Below, piece after piece: positions 60,201 to 64,000 of a stretch of DNA of 64,000 bases (the first letter of the stretch is position 1; every line of letters starts with the position of its first letter). The notes beneath the pieces are model-generated. The model was not told the DNA's origin. It saw nothing but the letters and a program-made list of their open reading frames with translations, and made no database searches. A program made the translations under genes and the position numbers. The stretch spans positions 1,984,001 to 2,048,000 of the forward strand of contig OZ287072.1 of the NCBI GenBank assembly GCA_965645245.1. The letters are read 5' to 3'. Source of the DNA: Massalongia carnosa (lineage: Eukaryota).

Positions 60201-63119
60201 GGCAGTAACGCTACCACCAAGGAAATTCTAGCACCCTCATCTGATAACCTAGAATTGAGGCCAGGGGTAGCATCAGAAACCCCCCGAGTGGACCCTATGA
60301 CGGAACGTTTCAAGGCGCTTCAAGCTGCTCATCAGAACGGGACGCTGTCCGAAGCTGATTGGGGAGCATGGCTTGCAGCGGCGAGCGAAGAACATCGACG
60401 GGAGAGCGAGAAGAGAGGGAGGGCATATCAGCTAGAGAAGCAGGAACGAACACGTAAGGCGTCACCCATTGACTCTGGTACTTGGAGTTTCAAACATGAC
60501 GGCGTCATCGACTTTGACGCCCCCCGAACCTCACCCTATGAGGAAAAGAAGCCAGAGGCGCTGATTCCGATGCGGAAGGCGCCCCCTGCTCCGGCCGAGT
60601 CGAACACGCTTATCAAAGCGAACTCGCTAAGTCGAAAGACAGGCGAGAAGCTACGGTCTTCAATCTCTGGACAAGTTAGTGAAATTGCTAAAAGAAAATC
60701 TCTTGCCGATGTGATTCCGGAGGAGGTAGCAGAGCGAGGACGGCGAAAAGCTGTTGCTGCTACCCCTTCTGTCAGTGCAGGCATCGGAGAAGCGCTGGCA
60801 GAAGTACGCAAGGCGGCCGACTTGGCTGGCGGACTCGACAAGGCAGGTCAAGAGCCCAAGGATATGTCACTTCGGAAAGCGAGCAGGACAGAACAAACTG
60901 ATGCCCCTCCACGAGCTCTAAAATCGATGGAGTTTGGACGCACCGGATCAGGAAGAAACAGTCCAAGTGGGTCCCCTCGATCTCCTGGCTTTACATATGG
61001 GAAAAACAATATGTTATTCAAGATCCCTGACTATGAAGAAGTACCCGAGAAAAGTGATTTCCAGGATCCTGCGCTATCGATGCAAATGCCCAAAAACCCT
61101 TCAATCGAGAAGCTTCGACGAGTTCCTTCGCCAGCTATAAGTCCAGGATCAGATATTCCACCGTCGAGGAAGCTATCCGTATTATCATCTCGCAGATCAT
61201 ACGGGCCAGCATTTACGTTTAAGGAGTCCAAGGTCACCTTTGCGACGAAACCAGCCGTGCAACAGCAATCAGACTCGGATGATGACTCGGATGATGGGCT
61301 TTTTGCGGTACCAATCCCAAAAGAGACACCGGCTAAATCCTCTTCCTCACAAATAGATTCAGAAGATGAGGTAAATACACAGCGAAGGCCAACGCTGACA
61401 GTGAAAACCGACACATCAACACGCCGCTCAAAAGGCTTGTCTGTTGCGTTCAAAACGCCTGAAACTTCAACAAGCACGTCCACCACTCACTCGGCCGATA
61501 CCATCGAGCTAGATGACGAGGGACATCCTCTTCAATCGAGGCTGGAACGGCATCTCCCTGAGCCTGCCACTCCTGGTACCAGTTCAGGGCAGTCAGAAGA
61601 AGCAATGTCCAAACTCATGCGCCGCCGATCGTTCGCCAGGGATGATGTTTGGGCTAATCGACCTCCTGCGGAAGACCTGTTGGACAACCTAGACGAGTAC
61701 TTTCCAAACCTTGATCTTGACCAGCCTGTGCTGGAAGACCTTGTTGGTTCGCCACCCCTTTCTCCAAACTCGGCGACGGACCAAAACCCTATGGAAACCG
61801 CAATACCTGGCCAGATCCATGCACGACGTCTTATTCGATCATCGTTGTATGATCGGCCCCGGCCAACGTCGATCGCAGAAGAATCGATAGCCGAAGAGCC
61901 CGACACTCTGGGCTCTGAAGACTCCACCCTAAAAAGCAGAGTCACGATGCAGTCAATCGCCCAACGAAGTATCCGTAAACCTGGTGGTATTGGTAGGATG
62001 AAATCTATCCGAGACGTTGCGAGGGGTGCTTATCAAGGCAATAATAAACGCTATACTCAACCGTCCACAAACGCCAAGTCAGGTGACATTGTACGCCGAA
62101 AGAGCACGAAAATGTTTGGTGCAAACATTGTTCAGATTAAACCAGGTAGAGGCAGCCGTGTAAGCCTGATTGAAGCGGTGCCTAAAGACCTACCTCCGGG
62201 CCAAAACTCCTTTCAAATCGGCCGAGGTCAACTGATTGGCAAAGGTAGCTACGGTCGAGTATACTTGGGTATAAACCTTACGACAGGAGACTTTTTGGCT
62301 GTCAAGCAGGTGGAAGTTAACCAAAAAGCCGCCGGGCAAGACAAGGATAAAATGAAAGAAATGGTTGCCGCTCTGGATCAAGAGATCGACACAATGCAGC
62401 ATCTCGAACACCCCAATATCGTGCAGTACCTTGGATGTGAACGTAAGGAATACTCAATCTCCATCTTCTTAGAGTACATATCCGGTGGCAGTGTTGGCAG
62501 CTGTCTACGCAAGCACGGCAAATTCGAGGAAAACCTTGTCAGCTCTCTTACCCGACAAACGCTCTCTGGGTTGGCCTATCTCCACACAGAAGGGGTCCTC
62601 CACCGCGATCTCAAGGCCGACAATATCCTCCTCGACGTTGATGGCACGTGCAAGATCTCGGACTTCGGTATCTCGAAGAAAACCGATAACATTTACGGCA
62701 ATGACGTCACAAACAGCATGCAAGGCTCGGTCTTTTGGATGGCCCCTGAAGTGATTCGTTCTCAGAGCCAAGGCTACAGCGCCAAAGTCGACATCTGGTC
62801 GCTCGGCTGTGTTGTGTTGGAGATGTTCGCCGGCCGCAGGCCATGGTCCAAGGAGGAAGCTATTGGTGCTATCTACAAGCTTGGCAGCCTGAACGAAGCA
62901 CCGCCAATCCCTGATGATGTCTCTAGCACCATCAGCGCCGCGGCGCTTGGGTTTATGTTGGATTGTTTCACTATTGCCCCGACCGAACGGCCAACTGCGG
63001 AGACGTTGACACAGCATCAATTTTGCAAGGCGGACCCGTTTTTCAACTTCTTGGATACGGAGTTGCACAATAAGATCCGAGAAGTCAAGGAATCGGTGCA
63101 GAAATCAGGACCCTATTAG
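57279..63119 (+). CDS. BCK1: MAP kinase kinase kinase of the cell-wall integrity pathway (Bck1/Mkh1/Mck1)
   Basis: Intronless 1946-aa ORF with a SAM-like N-terminal region, DVWANRPPAE..LDEYFP..DLD, RRKSTKMFG, and a STE11-type kinase domain (GQLIGKGSYGRVY, AVKQVE, HRDLKADN, DFGISK, GSVFWMAPE). Confidence 0.95.
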   Translation: MTSRQRSSSARSNNSDLNQRQTSSPSPSRYPPNRSGSTVPEDLILNDVPAYGPSNPQPSLLVPSQGSGSPYPAISSSGEPYTQALAASQRPRVSSADQTSGKPGSYRSALRSGGGPQIHLNYPQGQRQMLGIVMDSRAPYIPAPPTPNLSASHQQNHLMSLPPPPPRPPAMNASHGIVLPPPPGPPPGASHGLSAGWAQSNWGRSQGYLPPPPPMTPGQANSQHNSYNPNHGYQNHHPAPLAIPPPPPQVEPPPLTSATYIPFGESFGPGVGIPALHSQQQPNYNRGDGSDFYGGSEAAKVAADQRYFNGSSSTISPSKELPANSYYNPSIPQTPLTRHHQHVYPNRETMEYISPAPLPTKMHYTPAQTPISNVATQAVISVSGHRYTNSNNSSSLLSPSDPSVQWPIEKVLSWQAANGFSNDWQETFKNLDIQGADFLGLGQGNGGRGNFGMMHKMVYPRLARECSESGTGWDQAREREEGKRMRRLIRRIADDSSQAFHSRSESTYILPSASTDGGVESSPNLSRQDGYIHTPITAGGGEESPGRQLGFRSPGPASTQRMHSNHRRSTAPISTAPGNESNGADSGPAVQRTGYTRSILNGINDPALRWHSPSASSDNGSGFLGDGVRPSYDASPQSGSPAAQHAVLASSIGSGTLSASPWSRFGHRKNNSTDSIASNNAANSTSSLLRGATGTDTGVSGRLSVSKRNGKNGHRPPTLEVGGRQGSNDGPASAKEPTKGFLDRFRKRRKDEPTNPSEEERNPESPPMSPLNFRYDPPNLPFAGPAANHSNISVDRLSSTSTMAEHEKLANREPNLSHSNAGRKYIFVTPDRWNYRLVDVTDVDSADIIRESISTALGGTGRELIQLYFTEAGQLDHDEPLSDNLLSMSRHSKADATGSLKLFVRFIPNSAGLLQTPLSAGLGIGDSPRPLHSPPLGGFSARHTVEGGANTQPRTNGRQRSRSPAMTSQETTLSGSNATTKEILAPSSDNLELRPGVASETPRVDPMTERFKALQAAHQNGTLSEADWGAWLAAASEEHRRESEKRGRAYQLEKQERTRKASPIDSGTWSFKHDGVIDFDAPRTSPYEEKKPEALIPMRKAPPAPAESNTLIKANSLSRKTGEKLRSSISGQVSEIAKRKSLADVIPEEVAERGRRKAVAATPSVSAGIGEALAEVRKAADLAGGLDKAGQEPKDMSLRKASRTEQTDAPPRALKSMEFGRTGSGRNSPSGSPRSPGFTYGKNNMLFKIPDYEEVPEKSDFQDPALSMQMPKNPSIEKLRRVPSPAISPGSDIPPSRKLSVLSSRRSYGPAFTFKESKVTFATKPAVQQQSDSDDDSDDGLFAVPIPKETPAKSSSSQIDSEDEVNTQRRPTLTVKTDTSTRRSKGLSVAFKTPETSTSTSTTHSADTIELDDEGHPLQSRLERHLPEPATPGTSSGQSEEAMSKLMRRRSFARDDVWANRPPAEDLLDNLDEYFPNLDLDQPVLEDLVGSPPLSPNSATDQNPMETAIPGQIHARRLIRSSLYDRPRPTSIAEESIAEEPDTLGSEDSTLKSRVTMQSIAQRSIRKPGGIGRMKSIRDVARGAYQGNNKRYTQPSTNAKSGDIVRRKSTKMFGANIVQIKPGRGSRVSLIEAVPKDLPPGQNSFQIGRGQLIGKGSYGRVYLGINLTTGDFLAVKQVEVNQKAAGQDKDKMKEMVAALDQEIDTMQHLEHPNIVQYLGCERKEYSISIFLEYISGGSVGSCLRKHGKFEENLVSSLTRQTLSGLAYLHTEGVLHRDLKADNILLDVDGTCKISDFGISKKTDNIYGNDVTNSMQGSVFWMAPEVIRSQSQGYSAKVDIWSLGCVVLEMFAGRRPWSKEEAIGAIYKLGSLNEAPPIPDDVSSTISAAALGFMLDCFTIAPTERPTAETLTQHQFCKADPFFNFLDTELHNKIREVKESVQKSGPY

Positions 63120-64000
63120 CGTAGATGAAGGTCCGGGTGTAGCGCACTACCCAAGTACCTAGGTCATAGATTTACTTTGGACATATGGCGGAGCATGGGC
63201 GTTGCACAGCGACGATAGTATATGAACGGGATTTTATACATGATATGAATTTCACGGTCTAATCTTCTTACTTGCTTTTCCTGTTCAATGGAAAAGAAGC
63301 GCTTTCCTGTTGAAGTTGTTGTTGCGATAACAAGGTTTCACGATGGAAATAGATAACGTATTGTACAAGCAGTTCTCGAAGCCATGATATATCCCTTTGC
63401 TGTGGTTTTTGCGCTGCTGCCTTCTCAGCGTCCTGTGTGAGTCCACCTACGTTTGCGCTATTCTTATGATACCAAATGGCGGAAGGCGTAGGGTTTTGTG
63501 GATTCGTATATCCTGCACGCCGGTAACGATATTAGGATAAGGTCGGATGGTAAATGCAATGTTCACTTGGTTGTATCGCTAACGAAATGTACGAGACATG
63601 ATCGTTCATTTTTGTTATTTTTTATTCATTAAGCGTATCCATCCTAAGGATATGACGCTGTGACTGCTATTTATGTACACAAACAACAAACGAAAATTGA
63701 AAACCTGGCCCTCAGGATAAAACCACTTCCTAATTCAATATTTATCGCTTCGAAAACAACTCGTCTACCACGCAGTGCATACCTTGTACACCCAGATCTT
63801 CAAGGGCTAGAAATCCTTCAAACTCGATGAACTAGACGGTGTATCTTACACGTTCGACGAATGTTTTTTTTTTCATTCAATGCCTTGATTCAATGGAGAA
63901 AAGACGGGCGGTGATCGAGGGCAGATCGTGGTGTCCTTGTGAAATGCTCCCGCCTGAGGGGTGTGGTCATTTCGAATGAATGGGCTTTGCATGCCCTCGA

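Noticed and set aside
1..64000. tRNA genes, CRISPR arrays, telomeric repeats, LTR retroelements
   Set aside because: No cloverleaf with A/B boxes, repeat-spacer array, (TTAGGG)n tract or gag/pol ORF was seen by manual reading. tRNAscan-SE was not run.

Overview
Gene-dense, intron-containing filamentous ascomycete (Pezizomycotina) DNA with short GT-AG introns and CTRAC branch points. It holds about 15 recognisable protein genes: TIP20/RINT1 (3' part), a GH71 alpha-1,3-glucanase, FMP25-like RCC1, AMMECR1-domain, CaMK, COG3, mitochondrial uS2/MRP4, a YMC1-like carrier, a slicer-type Argonaute, RNA14, ASF1, SRO7/Lgl, pyruvate decarboxylase, TAN1/THUMP and the BCK1 MAPKKK. There is also an APH-like probable pseudokinase, a small hypothetical ORF and one dispersed 5S rRNA gene. 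A ~5.2-kb nest of DNA transposons lies directly upstream of the Argonaute gene: a MITE, a near-intact intron-containing piggyBac-like element and two Tc1/DD34E elements, one inserted into the terminal inverted repeat of the other. A MITE matching the host Tc1 ends lies at 41.7 kb and a second, decayed piggyBac-like element at 54.5-56.6 kb. The most notable observations are piggyBac-family elements whose ends are not flanked by TTAA, a Tc1-in-Tc1-TIR insertion, a probable alternative Argonaute N-terminus inside intron 1, and recurring GC-rich islands with a C-rich to G-rich skew switch near convergent gene ends. All calls are from manual reading; no database search was run.
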